Position numbers and translations under genes: made by a program. A stretch of 64,000 nt of DNA, taken from NCBI GenBank assembly GCA_023664325.1, contig JAMPFS010000006.1, positions 13,008-77,007 of the forward strand, read 5' to 3'. Within the stretch, counting starts at the first letter, position 1. Each line of letters starts with the position of its first letter. The DNA is from Clostridium sp. Its GTDB lineage: Bacteria; Bacillota; Clostridia; Lachnospirales; Lachnospiraceae. Of this stretch, positions 10,233 to 20,536 are shown piece by piece. A model generated the notes under the pieces. That model saw only the letters and a list, made by a program, of their open reading frames with translations. It searched no databases and was not told where the DNA came from.

Positions 10233-11264
10233 ATGTTGAAATATTTAAAACAGGCAAAGAAAAATGGAAAGTTATTGCCGCTTGTCATTGGAATGTTATT
10301 GGTAACAGGAATCGGACTGACTATCGTGGTAATTACCGTTTATGAGATGGCAGTATATGGGGAACTGCAAAGTTTTATTGCGCCATTAAACAGTGTTGCA
10401 GCGGTGGCAAATATTCCGCTTGGAAGAATCATAGTGGGGAGTTATATTGCCTATGTCGGGATGACTGCGCTGCCGAGGTGGTCAAAGTATGCACAGATCC
10501 GTGAAGAGTATGTCGTGGCATGTGACGGGGAATATATGGAGATTGCTTTTCGGGGATGGAATTGGAGGGTGAAGCGGGAAAGCTTTAGCCCAACCGATCT
10601 TTTCTTTCGTGACAGCAACCATAAATTTGTATCCGTACTGCGGGGATATCAGGTCTATAATGCAATAGAGGCATTTTACCCGGAGTATATGGGAAAGGGG
10701 AAAAAACAGGGAAAAGGAAGCAGCAGCGTCATTGAGGATTTTCCGAACATACGGAAAATGACACAGGAGGAAAAAAAGGAATATCTGAAAAGGAAGGAGA
10801 AGGGAAACGGGTGTCTTTCCGTATTTATGGGGTTTCTGGCATTTGGTTTTGGGCTTGCCGCCGTTCGCCTGCTGCCGGACATACCGCAAAAAGTGTTTTG
10901 GAAGGATAAGTTGATGCTTTTGGCATTTTGTGCGGCGCTTTTTTTGGCTGCTTTTGCATTTATCATGGTAATTGTCATGATGAGAAGGACGAAACAATGG
11001 ATTTTAACAACGGACTGTTTTGCGGTAACCGGGTATTCCTACCAGAAAAAGAAGGAAAATGTGTCAAGCGGTGATGGGCATGAAACCTTATACTATGCAA
11101 AGATATGGGATGGACAGTCGGTATATCTGCCCCGGTGGTTTCCGATTGGGGAGGAAGCATATAACAGGGAAGAACCGGTTGCATTTGAACTGTATTTTTA
11201 TAAGGACAGGAGCGGGTATACAGAGATAGATGCCTATGTAAAGAAAAAAAACAGCCGGGGATGA
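10233..11264 (+). CDS. hypothetical multi-pass membrane protein
   Basis: Long ORF with several hydrophobic helices and no recognisable motif. Confidence 0.55.
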   Translation: MLKYLKQAKKNGKLLPLVIGMLLVTGIGLTIVVITVYEMAVYGELQSFIAPLNSVAAVANIPLGRIIVGSYIAYVGMTALPRWSKYAQIREEYVVACDGEYMEIAFRGWNWRVKRESFSPTDLFFRDSNHKFVSVLRGYQVYNAIEAFYPEYMGKGKKQGKGSSSVIEDFPNIRKMTQEEKKEYLKRKEKGNGCLSVFMGFLAFGFGLAAVRLLPDIPQKVFWKDKLMLLAFCAALFLAAFAFIMVIVMMRRTKQWILTTDCFAVTGYSYQKKKENVSSGDGHETLYYAKIWDGQSVYLPRWFPIGEEAYNREEPVAFELYFYKDRSGYTEIDAYVKKKNSRG

Positions 11265-11352
11265 GATGATATGAAATTTGCTGTATGTGTATAAATTATG
11301 CAGATATGGAAATACTTTCTATAAAAGAAATTTGATAGAAAGGGATCATTTC

Positions 11353-12642
11353 ATGAGGGAATACGAGATATTGGATGTACATGCAGTGGAAATATTGGAT
11401 TCAAGGGGAAACCCTACTCTGGATGTGACAGTTACCGTAAAAAATGGGATTACAGGCAGCGCTGCCGTACCCAGTGGGGCATCCACGGGGCAATATGAAG
11501 CGCATGAGCTGCGTGATGGGGATAAGCGGCATATGGGAAACGGTGTGGAACAGGCTGTGACGAATGTCAATACCCGTATTGCAGATAAGATTATTGGGAT
11601 GAACGTGTTAGAACAGGTGAAAATTGACAGGCTGTTAGTACAGGCAGACGGAACGGGAAATAAGTCAAAATATGGCGCAAATGCGATTCTGGGAGTCTCT
11701 TTAGCATGTGCAAAGGCAGCGGCAAATGCATTGGGGATACCGCTTTACCGCTATATTGGCGGAACCAATACAAAAGTACTGCCAATTCCGATGATGAATA
11801 TCTTAAACGGAGGAAGGCATGCAGATAACACGGTGGATTTACAGGAATTTATGATTGCGCCTGTCGGAGCCGATACCTTTTCGCATGCAATGGAGATGGC
11901 ATGTGAAATTTATCACAATTTAAAAGAGGTTTTACGCAGCAAAGGACTCTCTACCGGTGTGGGAGATGAGGGTGGTTTTGCGCCGGATCTTGCGACGACA
12001 TCCGAAGTGCTGGATTTAATTGTGGAGGCAGTGGAGCGATCCGGCTACCGAACCGGGCATGATATCAAGATTGCGCTGGATGCCGCAGCTTCCGAGCTTT
12101 ATGATGTAAATGCGGAGCAGTACTATTTTCCGGGAGAAAGCAAGATGGCTGGAAAAGATATTTACCGGAATGCGGAGGAGATGGTGCAGTATTATGAGGA
12201 TTTGGTGAACCGCTACCCGATTTTTTCGATTGAGGACGGGCTTTCCGACAATGATATGAAGGGCTGGAAGCTTTTAACTTACCGTCTGGGTGAAAAAATA
12301 CAGCTTGTAGGTGATGATCTGTTTGTCACAAATACGGCTCGCCTGTCTGATGGCATAAAAGAGGGGATTGGGAATGCAATTTTAATCAAATACAACCAGA
12401 TTGGAACCCTGACAGAGACTTTCGATGCAATTGAAATGGCAAAAAATGCAGGATATAAGACCATTATCAGCCACCGTTCCGGCGAAACAGAGGATACCTT
12501 TATTGCGGATCTGGCGGTGGCAGCCGGAAGCGGACAGATTAAGACCGGGGCGCCGTGCAGAAGTGACCGCACTGCAAAATATAACAGATTATTGAAAATT
12601 GAAGAGGAGCTTTCCAAGATATCTGAGTATGCATTTCGGTAA
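11353..12642 (+). CDS. eno: enolase
   Basis: [40 protein letters not shown]; start at Met 11353 (track start 11278 adds a non-homologous extension). Confidence 0.95.
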   Translation: MREYEILDVHAVEILDSRGNPTLDVTVTVKNGITGSAAVPSGASTGQYEAHELRDGDKRHMGNGVEQAVTNVNTRIADKIIGMNVLEQVKIDRLLVQADGTGNKSKYGANAILGVSLACAKAAANALGIPLYRYIGGTNTKVLPIPMMNILNGGRHADNTVDLQEFMIAPVGADTFSHAMEMACEIYHNLKEVLRSKGLSTGVGDEGGFAPDLATTSEVLDLIVEAVERSGYRTGHDIKIALDAAASELYDVNAEQYYFPGESKMAGKDIYRNAEEMVQYYEDLVNRYPIFSIEDGLSDNDMKGWKLLTYRLGEKIQLVGDDLFVTNTARLSDGIKEGIGNAILIKYNQIGTLTETFDAIEMAKNAGYKTIISHRSGETEDTFIADLAVAAGSGQIKTGAPCRSDRTAKYNRLLKIEEELSKISEYAFR

Positions 12643-12778
12643 AATGCGGTTTCGCGGGGAATCGTTACTACAAATTTGTAAATTAACGGATTTTTGGCTT
12701 GTTTTTATGAAAACACTGTGTTACAATAGCGCTTAGTGAGTTTTAACAACGGGTGAAAACTTAGTCTTGTAATAGGAG

Positions 12779-13030
12779 GTGTTTTTGTTGAAGACAGTGC
12801 TGACAGTTCTATTTTTAATTATTTGTGTAGCGATTTGTATACTTGTTATGTTGCAGGAATCAAAGGATAATGGATTAGGAAGTCTGGCAGGTGGAAGTTC
12901 TGCCGGTGATACCTATTGGAGTAAGAATAAAGGCCGCTCCAAGGAAGGAATGCTTGTTCTGGCAACAGCCATAGGCGTTGCGCTTTTCCTTATACTGGCT
13001 CTTTTGATTAGCTCGAAATTCTTAAATTAG
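12779..13030 (+). CDS. secG: preprotein translocase subunit SecG
   Basis: 83 aa, two TM helices flanking a Gly/Ser-rich loop GLGSLAGGSSAG; position before rnr-smpB-ssrA; GTG start behind aggagg. Confidence 0.8.
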   Translation: MFLLKTVLTVLFLIICVAICILVMLQESKDNGLGSLAGGSSAGDTYWSKNKGRSKEGMLVLATAIGVALFLILALLISSKFLN

Positions 13031-13036
13031 TGTATG

Positions 13037-13066
13037 AGGCTGCTGCATTTTTGTGGCAGCTTTTTT
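13037..13066 (+). terminator. putative terminator after secG
   Basis: aggctgc ... gcagctt stem followed by tttttt. Confidence 0.5.
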
Positions 13067-13139
13067 ATGCTGGGGAAACTGCCTTAAAAGACTTGATGGC
13101 AGTCTGTACATCTTCTTGATTCTTAATTAGGAGAAAATT

Positions 13140-15380
13140 ATGTCTGGCTATGATGAGAAAAAAAAGAAAATATTGAACGTGATAAGGGATAAGCATTATA
13201 AACCGTTAAAACAAAAAGAACTTGCCTTTTTACTGCAAGTGGAACAGCAGGACAGGGAAGAATTCAGGCAGCTTTTGGAGGAGTTGGTGAAGGAAGGAAA
13301 GGTTCTGCTTACCAAACGGGGAAAATACCAGCCGCTTTTTGATGTGACAAAGATTGGCATGTTTTGCGGAAATCCCAGGGGTTTTGGATTTGTCTCTGTA
13401 GAGGGTGAGGAGGAAGATTATTATATTCCGGAGTCCGCCACACTTGGCGCCATGCACGGTGACAAGGTTATGCTAAAGATTATGGATGCGCCGGCCGGCA
13501 GAAGGAAAGAAGCGCAGGTTACAAAGATTTTGGAGCATGGAACGGATGAAATCGTGGGATATTACCAGAAGAATAAGAAGTATGGTTTTGTGATTCCTGA
13601 TAACCGGAAGCTTTCGGAGGATGTTTTTGTCGAGGCGCGCCATAGTATGGGGGCAGTCACAGGACATAAGGTTGTGGTAAAGATTACCCGGTTTGCAACG
13701 AAGGAACGCAAAGCGGAGGGGAAGGTTATAGAGATATTAGGGCATGTCAATGATCCCGGTACGGATATCTTGTCGATTGTGAGGGCGTTTAACCTGCCAA
13801 CGGAATTTCCCGCGCAGGTGACAGAAGCGTTAGAAAAGATTCCGGAAGAGGTGTCGGCAGGGGAGACTGCCGGCAGGCTGGATTTAAGAGACATGTTAAC
13901 GGTAACGATTGACGGGGAGGATGCGAAAGACCTGGATGATGCAATTACCCTGGTAAAGAAGCCGGATGGATATGAGCTTGGCGTGCATATTGCAGATGTG
14001 ACCCACTATGTGGGGGAGGATTCCCCTCTTGACAGGGAAGCGCTTTTTCGGGGAACGAGCGTTTATTTAGTGGATCGTGTTATTCCAATGCTTCCGCATA
14101 AACTCTCGAATGGAATCTGTTCCTTAAATGAAAAAGAGGATCGGTTAACCCTTTCCTGTATCATGGATATTGATGCAGACGGCAGAGTGAAGGGGCATCG
14201 CATTGCAGAGACGGTAATTCATGTAAACCGCCGGATGAGCTATAACCAGGTTGATGCTGTTTTAAAAGCCCATGCGGTTGAGTCGGGTGAAACCTATGAT
14301 GGCATGGCATATGGAGATGGCGGCGTACCGTTAGAGGATATTGCGCTGTGCTTAAATGACGGAACCGAAATAAGAGGCAGGGAGATTTTAGACGAGTATA
14401 AGGAATATCTGGAATATTTCTGTCAGATGAAGGAGCTTTCGGATCTTTTAAGGAAGCACAGAATGATGAGAGGTTCGATTGATTTTGATTTTCCGGAGGC
14501 AAAGATTTGTTTGCGGGAGGACGGCGAACCGGTGGAGATTCGCCCGGATGACCGGAATCCGGCGCACAGGATTATTGAAGATTTTATGCTGGCGGCAAAT
14601 GAAACCGTGGCAGAGGACTATTTCTGGCAGGAAATCCCATTTGAATTCCGCGTACACGGTCAGCCGGATCCGGAAAAGGTAGACAGGTTAAGCGCTGTGA
14701 TGGAGCGCTTTGGCTATCATTTTAAAACGAATGGGAACAATATCCATCCCAAAGAGTTTCAAAAACTGCTGGAAAAGATTTCGGGAACTCCGGAAGAAGG
14801 TTTTCTGAGCAGAATGACACTTAGAACCATGCAGCAGGCGAAATATGCGACTACATGCAGCGGACATTTTGGACTGGCTGCAAAATATTATTGTCATTTT
14901 ACCTCACCAATCAGGCGGTATCCGGATTTGCAGATCCACCGGATTATTAAGGAAAATCTTGCCGGAAGATTAAATGGCAGGCGGTTAGAGCATTACGGCA
15001 GTATTTTGAACCTGGTTGCCGAATCAAATTCCCGGAATGAGCGGCGCGCCCAGGAGGCGGAGCGGGAGGTAGAGAAGCTTAAAAAAGTCCAGTATATGAG
15101 TAAGCGGCTGGGAAATGAATATGATGGAATCATTTCCGGCGTCACGGCATATGGTTTTTATGTGGAGCTTGCAAATACGATTGAAGGAATGGTTCGTATC
15201 GGTACAATAGCGGATGATTTTTATATTTATGATGAACGGGACATGTCTATGGTTGGGAAGGAGCATGGCAGGGTTTATGCGATGGGGCAGCAGGTGCGCG
15301 TTAAGGCGGTACATGTTGACAAGCTGCTTCGAACCATTGATTTTGAGCTGGTGGATGACAGCGAAACGATAGAATGTTAG
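13140..15380 (+). CDS. rnr: ribonuclease R
   Basis: RNB core DGEDAKDLDDAI ... HFGLAAKYYCHFTSPIRRYPD, C-terminal S1 domain YDGIISGVTAYGFYVEL. Confidence 0.95.
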   Translation: MSGYDEKKKKILNVIRDKHYKPLKQKELAFLLQVEQQDREEFRQLLEELVKEGKVLLTKRGKYQPLFDVTKIGMFCGNPRGFGFVSVEGEEEDYYIPESATLGAMHGDKVMLKIMDAPAGRRKEAQVTKILEHGTDEIVGYYQKNKKYGFVIPDNRKLSEDVFVEARHSMGAVTGHKVVVKITRFATKERKAEGKVIEILGHVNDPGTDILSIVRAFNLPTEFPAQVTEALEKIPEEVSAGETAGRLDLRDMLTVTIDGEDAKDLDDAITLVKKPDGYELGVHIADVTHYVGEDSPLDREALFRGTSVYLVDRVIPMLPHKLSNGICSLNEKEDRLTLSCIMDIDADGRVKGHRIAETVIHVNRRMSYNQVDAVLKAHAVESGETYDGMAYGDGGVPLEDIALCLNDGTEIRGREILDEYKEYLEYFCQMKELSDLLRKHRMMRGSIDFDFPEAKICLREDGEPVEIRPDDRNPAHRIIEDFMLAANETVAEDYFWQEIPFEFRVHGQPDPEKVDRLSAVMERFGYHFKTNGNNIHPKEFQKLLEKISGTPEEGFLSRMTLRTMQQAKYATTCSGHFGLAAKYYCHFTSPIRRYPDLQIHRIIKENLAGRLNGRRLEHYGSILNLVAESNSRNERRAQEAEREVEKLKKVQYMSKRLGNEYDGIISGVTAYGFYVELANTIEGMVRIGTIADDFYIYDERDMSMVGKEHGRVYAMGQQVRVKAVHVDKLLRTIDFELVDDSETIEC

Positions 15381-15395
15381 GAAAAGAGGGATATT

Positions 15396-15866
15396 ATGCC
15401 AAAACAAAAAGGTGAACGGCTGATTGCAAATAACAAAAAGGCATATTTTGATTATTTTATTGATGAAAAATATGAGGCGGGGATTGCGCTTCACGGAACT
15501 GAAGTAAAGTCGTTGCGGCTTGGACATTGCAGTATAAAAGAGGCTTTTGTCGCAGTGGAAAATGGAGAAATGGTAATCCGTCAGATGCATATTTCACCTT
15601 ACGAAAAGGGAAATATTTTTAATAAGGATCCGCTCCGTCCGAGAAAGCTTTTGCTGCACCGATACGAAATCAACAGGATTATGGGGCAGGCAAAGATGAA
15701 GGGATATACAATTGTGCCGCTGAAAGTATATTTTAAGGACAGCCTTGTGAAAGTAGAGATTGGTCTTGCCCGTGGTAAAAAGCTCTATGATAAGAGGAAC
15801 GATATCGCCAAAAAGGACATGAAGCGGGAGGCGGAAAAAGAATTTAAAATCAGAAATATGCGGTAA
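15396..15866 (+). CDS. smpB: SsrA-binding protein
   Basis: [32 protein letters not shown]; adjacent to tmRNA. Confidence 0.95.
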   Translation: MPKQKGERLIANNKKAYFDYFIDEKYEAGIALHGTEVKSLRLGHCSIKEAFVAVENGEMVIRQMHISPYEKGNIFNKDPLRPRKLLLHRYEINRIMGQAKMKGYTIVPLKVYFKDSLVKVEIGLARGKKLYDKRNDIAKKDMKREAEKEFKIRNMR

Positions 15867-15950
15867 TGATAAATTCACGAAATTTTCGGTTTTATTTTTT
15901 ACGGAAATGTGGTAATCTATTATTGGACGAAAGATATATGGGAGGACGAT

Positions 15951-16358
15951 ATGAGTCAGGAAAAGGTCGAACGCAGAAAATATGAAAAGTACAATCGAAA
16001 AAAACTCGAAAGGCAGAGGAAGATAAAGATTACTGTTAAATGCATCCTGGCAGCTTTGGTGCTTGGAGCAATTATCGGGGTTCCGCTTGGAATCAATTAT
16101 TACAGAAGCATTCCAAAGTTTGTCGGTGATGCAACCTTATCGGCATTTGTCGGCAATTATATTGAAGAAGCCCATGCATCCGATGTTCCGGATTTTTCCG
16201 GTTCTTCTGAGACATCAGAGGAATCAGTGGAGGATGAGCTTATAGATGCCATTGAGGAGGCAGTGGACGCTAAGGACAGCGAGGCAGATTCCGAGGAAAC
16301 AGCAGATCAGGATGGTTCAGAGAACGAGGCAGATTCCGAGAGTAATTCAGAGGAATAG
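15951..16358 (+). CDS. hypothetical single-pass membrane protein with acidic tail
   Basis: Start at Met 15951 behind gggagga; Lys/Arg-rich N-terminus, one TM helix, Asp/Glu/Ser-rich C-terminus. Confidence 0.55.
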   Translation: MSQEKVERRKYEKYNRKKLERQRKIKITVKCILAALVLGAIIGVPLGINYYRSIPKFVGDATLSAFVGNYIEEAHASDVPDFSGSSETSEESVEDELIDAIEEAVDAKDSEADSEETADQDGSENEADSESNSEE

Positions 16359-16406
16359 CCGGATTCCCTTTATCATATAGCAAACTATTTTAAAACTTAA
16401 AAACCA

Positions 16407-16748
16407 GGGCTTGTACTGGTTTCGACGGGGATTTAGAAATTGTGGAAGCCATTGATGGACCAGGACCATCTAAAAACTTGGAAATAAATATAAACGCAGA
16501 CAATCAGTTAGCGTACGCTGCCTAATGGCAGCTGTCTTACCTAAGTTGACTCACGGCTTAGGATAAGGCATCAAAACAGTGGGGAACTTTGGCAGGAAAG
16601 CTTTGACTTGTCAAAAGATTTATGAAGCTACTAAGGGCTGCAGCCTGTCGGTTGGCGGCGGTCTGAGGGAATGTCAGTAAAGCGACTGTAATGGGAGATG
16701 CCATGATGGAAGAGTCTTCGGACGCGGGTTCGATTCCCGCCAGGTCCA
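16407..16748 (+). ncRNA. ssrA: tmRNA (transfer-messenger RNA)
   Basis: 5' GGGCTTGTACTGGTTTCGACGGGG; 3' T-arm GCGGGTTCGATTCCCGC; acceptor GGGCTTG pairs with CAGGTCC including the G3-U pair, discriminator A, CCA not encoded; tag ORF GCA GAC AAT CAG TTA GCG TAC GCT GCC TAA (16496-16525), ending ...LAYAA; directly after smpB. Confidence 0.93.
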
Positions 16749-16756
16749 TTCCGGAC

Positions 16757-16792
16757 AAGTGCTTGTAATGTAACGGTTACAGGCACTTTTTT
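16757..16792 (+). terminator. rho-independent terminator after ssrA
   Basis: aagtgcttgtaa ... ttacaggcactt stem followed by tttttt. Confidence 0.75.
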
Positions 16793-16836
16793 GTGCATAG
16801 GAACACGTTAATAATATGATTTGGATAGGAGATACT

Positions 16837-17379
16837 ATGGAACAGGAGACATTAATTGTGGATGGGTTTGTGTTTCCAAGCTTTAAGGAAGCCCAGATTG
16901 CATTAAAGGAAAAGAAAAATATTGAGATCATAAAAGAAAATACGCCATTATCGGATGATGATACATGCCTGGAACTTTATTCCAAACTGCTTGAGCGGGA
17001 TATGTTTAAAACAGAAATCGGTTATCAGTTTTTGCATGAGCTAAGGCAGCATCTGATTACCGAATGTGGATATGATGAAGAAGACCTGAAAAACATTGTG
17101 CTTCCAAGAAAAATGGAATATGACAAGGTAAACAGGATCGGTTTGTTAGAAGCGAGAATAGAGCGGATGGCGGTAGTTCAAAACAGGCTGAAAATTACGA
17201 TTGCCGCATTGGCATTTATGGTGGTTGCCATGTTTGTCATTGCAGCCATAAATCCGAATGCAAAATATATCAATGCGGAGCACAAGGTCGCTGACAAATA
17301 TTCCGCATGGCAGGAAGAACTGGAACAAAGGGAACAGGCGGTTAAGGACAAAGAGGCAGAATTAAATATAGACCAATAG
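16837..17379 (+). CDS. hypothetical protein with one TM helix
   Basis: Start at Met 16837 behind ataggag; helical N-domain, TM segment ITIAALAFMVVAMFVIAAI, coiled C-terminus. Confidence 0.55.
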   Translation: MEQETLIVDGFVFPSFKEAQIALKEKKNIEIIKENTPLSDDDTCLELYSKLLERDMFKTEIGYQFLHELRQHLITECGYDEEDLKNIVLPRKMEYDKVNRIGLLEARIERMAVVQNRLKITIAALAFMVVAMFVIAAINPNAKYINAEHKVADKYSAWQEELEQREQAVKDKEAELNIDQ

Positions 17380-17455
17380 GTCACATTTTTAACATATTTA
17401 TAGCCTATAATAAGAAAAATGTGACAGTCGAAGTCGGATTTAAGGAGGCAGGTCT

Positions 17456-18136
17456 GTGAACGAAATTAAGATTTTAGTGGTGGATGATGAAAGCCGGATG
17501 CGTAAGCTCGTAAAAGACTTTCTGGTACGGAAGGAATACACGGTATTGGAGGCGGAAAATGGCGAGGAGGCTGTGGATGTCTTTATTGAGAATAAGGATA
17601 TTGCATTGGTTATTCTTGATGTAATGATGCCGAAGATGGACGGATGGCAGGTGTGCAAGGAAATTCGAGCATTTTCACAGGTGCCGATTATTATGCTGAC
17701 TGCCAAATCAGATGAGCGGGATGAACTTTTGGGGTTTGAGCTTGGTGTGGATGAATATATTTCAAAACCATTCAGCCCCAAGATTTTGGTGGCGAGAGTG
17801 GAGGCTGTTTTGCGGCGGACATCCCTAACGGCTCAGGAGGAAAAGCTTACTGCCGGTGAGATTGAACTGGATATCTCTGCGCATACTGTTAAGGTAAAGG
17901 GAAAAAATGTAGAATTAAGCTTTAAGGAATTTGAGCTGCTTAATTACTTTTTTGTCAATCAGGGCGTTGCGCTTTCCAGAGAAAAAATTCTCAATAATGT
18001 GTGGAATTATGATTATTTTGGAGATGCAAGAACCATTGATACCCATGTGAAGAAGCTTCGGAGCAAGTTAGGCGAATGTGGGGATTATATCAAAACCATC
18101 TGGGGAATGGGGTATAAGTTTGAAGTGGAGGCTTAA
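17456..18136 (+). CDS. OmpR-family response regulator
   Basis: ILVVDDE, LDVMMPKMDG receiver motifs and a winged-helix C-terminus ending GMGYKF; GTG start behind aaggagg. Confidence 0.9.
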   Translation: MNEIKILVVDDESRMRKLVKDFLVRKEYTVLEAENGEEAVDVFIENKDIALVILDVMMPKMDGWQVCKEIRAFSQVPIIMLTAKSDERDELLGFELGVDEYISKPFSPKILVARVEAVLRRTSLTAQEEKLTAGEIELDISAHTVKVKGKNVELSFKEFELLNYFFVNQGVALSREKILNNVWNYDYFGDARTIDTHVKKLRSKLGECGDYIKTIWGMGYKFEVEA

Positions 18137-18193
18137 CTGCCTTGCAAAAGAGTAAGACCAATGTATAAAATATGGCAGTAATCGGGGTGTAAG

Positions 18194-19729
18194 ATGATTA
18201 GTCGGTACAAGCATTCATTGCGTTTCAAATTAACGATGCTATTAATGGTTATGATGACATTGACGGTATTTGTCTCCATTTGCACAACGCAGTTATTTGT
18301 GAAAAAATATTTTCTGGGTGAACTGCAAGACCGTATGCGGAATATGTATAATAAGATTAACAATGTGTTTTCCATTGAAGGGCTGGATGACGTCCAGATT
18401 AAAGAACACCTGTCCAAGCTTGCCGCAAAGGGTGAAATGAACATTTTTGTCCTGCATGTAGGTGAAGATGGGAAACGATACATTTACAGCAATACCAATC
18501 AGGGAAGCCAGATGTGGGAGAGCATGCAGGCGATTGCGCAGTTGCTTGACGGAACAGGCGAGAAAGATTTAGAGAATTTTTTCGCAAATGGTGGAAAGGG
18601 ATATTCCATCTTTCATCAGAATTATGATGAGGAGATGAATGAGACTTTTTTTGATTTAGTAGGCGTACTTGATGATGGAAGCCTGATTGCGCTTCGGTCT
18701 TCTGCAACCCGTTTTAATGAAAGTGTCATTACCACGATGCATTTATATGTATATGTTGGAATCGCTGCAATTATTGTCGGCTGTCTTGCCATGTTTTTTG
18801 CCAGCAGCTTCTATGTGCGTCCGATTCATGAGATGGCGGTAGCGGCAAAGAGAATGGCGCAGCTTGATTTTGATACGAAGGTTGAGAGTAAATCAAAAGA
18901 TGAAATCGGGGAACTTGGCAACAGTATTAATGCTATGTCAAAAGAGTTGGAGGCTACGATTTCCGAGTTAAAGACAGCAAATGCCAGGTTGACAAAGGAT
19001 ATTGAAGAAAAGACACAAATTGATGAGATGCGCAAGGAATTTCTATCGCATGTTTCCCATGAATTAAAGACGCCAATTGCATTGATACAGGGATATGCAG
19101 AGGGGCTGAAAGAAAATATATCAGATGATATGGAGAGCCGGGAATTTTACTGTGAGGTCATTATGGACGAGGCTGACCGCATGAACACGATGGTTAAGAA
19201 GCTTCTGACACTAAATGAATTGGAATTTGGCACGGATAAAGTGAATTTCGAACGTTTTGACCTGATAGAGCTTATGAGAAATATCAATGCATCTTCGGAT
19301 ATCTTATTACAGCAAAATCATGTGTATCTTCACTTTCCATATGAGAATGCGCTGCATGTGTGGGCGGATGAATTTATGATTGAAGAAGTCTATACGAATT
19401 ATCTGGTAAATGCGATCCATTATGCCAATGAAGGCGGGAATGTATTTATCTCATTGCAGGAACGGGATAATTTGGTGCGGGTGAATGTATACAATGAAGG
19501 AAATCCGATTCCGGAAGAAGAATTGGAAAAGATTTGGATTAAATTTTACAAAGTGGATAAGGCGAGAACAAGGGAGTACGGGGGAAGCGGTATTGGCTTG
19601 TCCATTGTGGCGGCGACCATGAAACAGCATGGCAGAGAATTTGGCGCTTACAATAAAGAAAACGGCGTTGTGTTCTATTTTGAATTAGAACTTGCAAAGC
19701 AGCATAATAACAATGATGAAAAATGTTGA
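18194..19729 (+). CDS. sensor histidine kinase (two TM helices, extracytoplasmic loop, HAMP)
   Basis: H-box SHVSHELKTPIA, N-box NYLVNAIHYA, G-box GGSGIGLSIV. Confidence 0.9.
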   Translation: MISRYKHSLRFKLTMLLMVMMTLTVFVSICTTQLFVKKYFLGELQDRMRNMYNKINNVFSIEGLDDVQIKEHLSKLAAKGEMNIFVLHVGEDGKRYIYSNTNQGSQMWESMQAIAQLLDGTGEKDLENFFANGGKGYSIFHQNYDEEMNETFFDLVGVLDDGSLIALRSSATRFNESVITTMHLYVYVGIAAIIVGCLAMFFASSFYVRPIHEMAVAAKRMAQLDFDTKVESKSKDEIGELGNSINAMSKELEATISELKTANARLTKDIEEKTQIDEMRKEFLSHVSHELKTPIALIQGYAEGLKENISDDMESREFYCEVIMDEADRMNTMVKKLLTLNELEFGTDKVNFERFDLIELMRNINASSDILLQQNHVYLHFPYENALHVWADEFMIEEVYTNYLVNAIHYANEGGNVFISLQERDNLVRVNVYNEGNPIPEEELEKIWIKFYKVDKARTREYGGSGIGLSIVAATMKQHGREFGAYNKENGVVFYFELELAKQHNNNDEKC

Positions 19730-19788
19730 AGTTGTGAATAATTCGTGATAAAATGTATACATGATTGTGAATGAATAGAGGGAAGGCT

Positions 19789-20526
19789 ATGTTAAAGAAG
19801 ATGAAAGGTATCCTTGTTGGCACATGCTGCTGCCTCATGCTGACAGGATGTAATGATGTAATAGACTTGACGGAGGAGCAGTCAACACTGATTGCAGAAT
19901 ATGCTGCGGAACTGTTGTTGAAGTATGATTTGCATTATGAGGATCGTATTGCTGAGGGAATGCGGGAGGCGAAGAAAGAAGAATCTACTGCGGCAGAGGA
20001 TGAAGCTGATACGGAGGAAGCAGCGACGGAGGAGACCGAGCAGGAGATCGGGGAAGAAACTGCCGGGGAAGAGCCTGCACAGGAAGTTTCCGTTGGAACG
20101 GAGAGTGATATTGCAAAGATTGCCGGAATAGAAGGAGTATCCATTACATATAAGGATTATCAGGTTATGGATCAGTACCCGGAAGCGGATGGCGATAGTG
20201 AATCCATAAATTTAGAGGCAGAGGATGGACACAAGCTGTTAGTAGTGCGCTTTCAGATTGCCAATACAACAGAGGATGCAGTGGATATTTCGTTGTTGGA
20301 CAGTTCCATTGAATACCGGCTCGTATGTAATGGCAGTAAGGCGGCGGATCCAATGCTGACGATATTGATGGATGATCTGGGAACGTTAGAGACGTCAGTG
20401 AAGCCGGATGAAGACCAGGAGGCAGTGTTGGTTTTCCAGATTTCCGAGGATATGAAGGATACATTGGATGCAATTGAGCTGAAAGTTGATTATAATGGCA
20501 TGGAGAATGTCATCAAGATAAAATAG
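19789..20526 (+). CDS. lipoprotein with acidic linker and Ig-like (DUF4352-type) C-terminal domain
   Basis: Lipobox CLMLTGC; Glu/Ala/Thr-rich linker; LLVVRFQIANTTEDAVDIS pattern. Confidence 0.6.
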   Translation: MLKKMKGILVGTCCCLMLTGCNDVIDLTEEQSTLIAEYAAELLLKYDLHYEDRIAEGMREAKKEESTAAEDEADTEEAATEETEQEIGEETAGEEPAQEVSVGTESDIAKIAGIEGVSITYKDYQVMDQYPEADGDSESINLEAEDGHKLLVVRFQIANTTEDAVDISLLDSSIEYRLVCNGSKAADPMLTILMDDLGTLETSVKPDEDQEAVLVFQISEDMKDTLDAIELKVDYNGMENVIKIK

Positions 20527-20536
20527 GGGGCAAGAT

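Noticed and set aside
11278-11352. N-terminal extensions of track ORFs (enolase, gpmI, GtrB-like, ABC ATPase, AAA/nuclease, YtfJ-like and others)
   Set aside because: In each case an internal Met is preceded by a GGAGG-like RBS and coincides with the conserved family N-terminus. The upstream residues have no homology-like pattern.
15024-15590. 188-aa minus-strand ORF spanning the rnr/smpB junction
   Set aside because: It is antisense to two highly confident genes and has no RBS or recognisable motif.
16558-16931. Minus-strand ORFs of 66 aa and 85 aa
   Set aside because: They overlap the tmRNA gene and its terminator. The RNA gene explains the sequence conservation there.
16749-18200. Possible genomic island integrated at the tmRNA 3' end
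   Set aside because: There is no integrase gene and no duplicated copy of the ssrA 3' end downstream. The next genes are a hypothetical protein and an ordinary two-component system.
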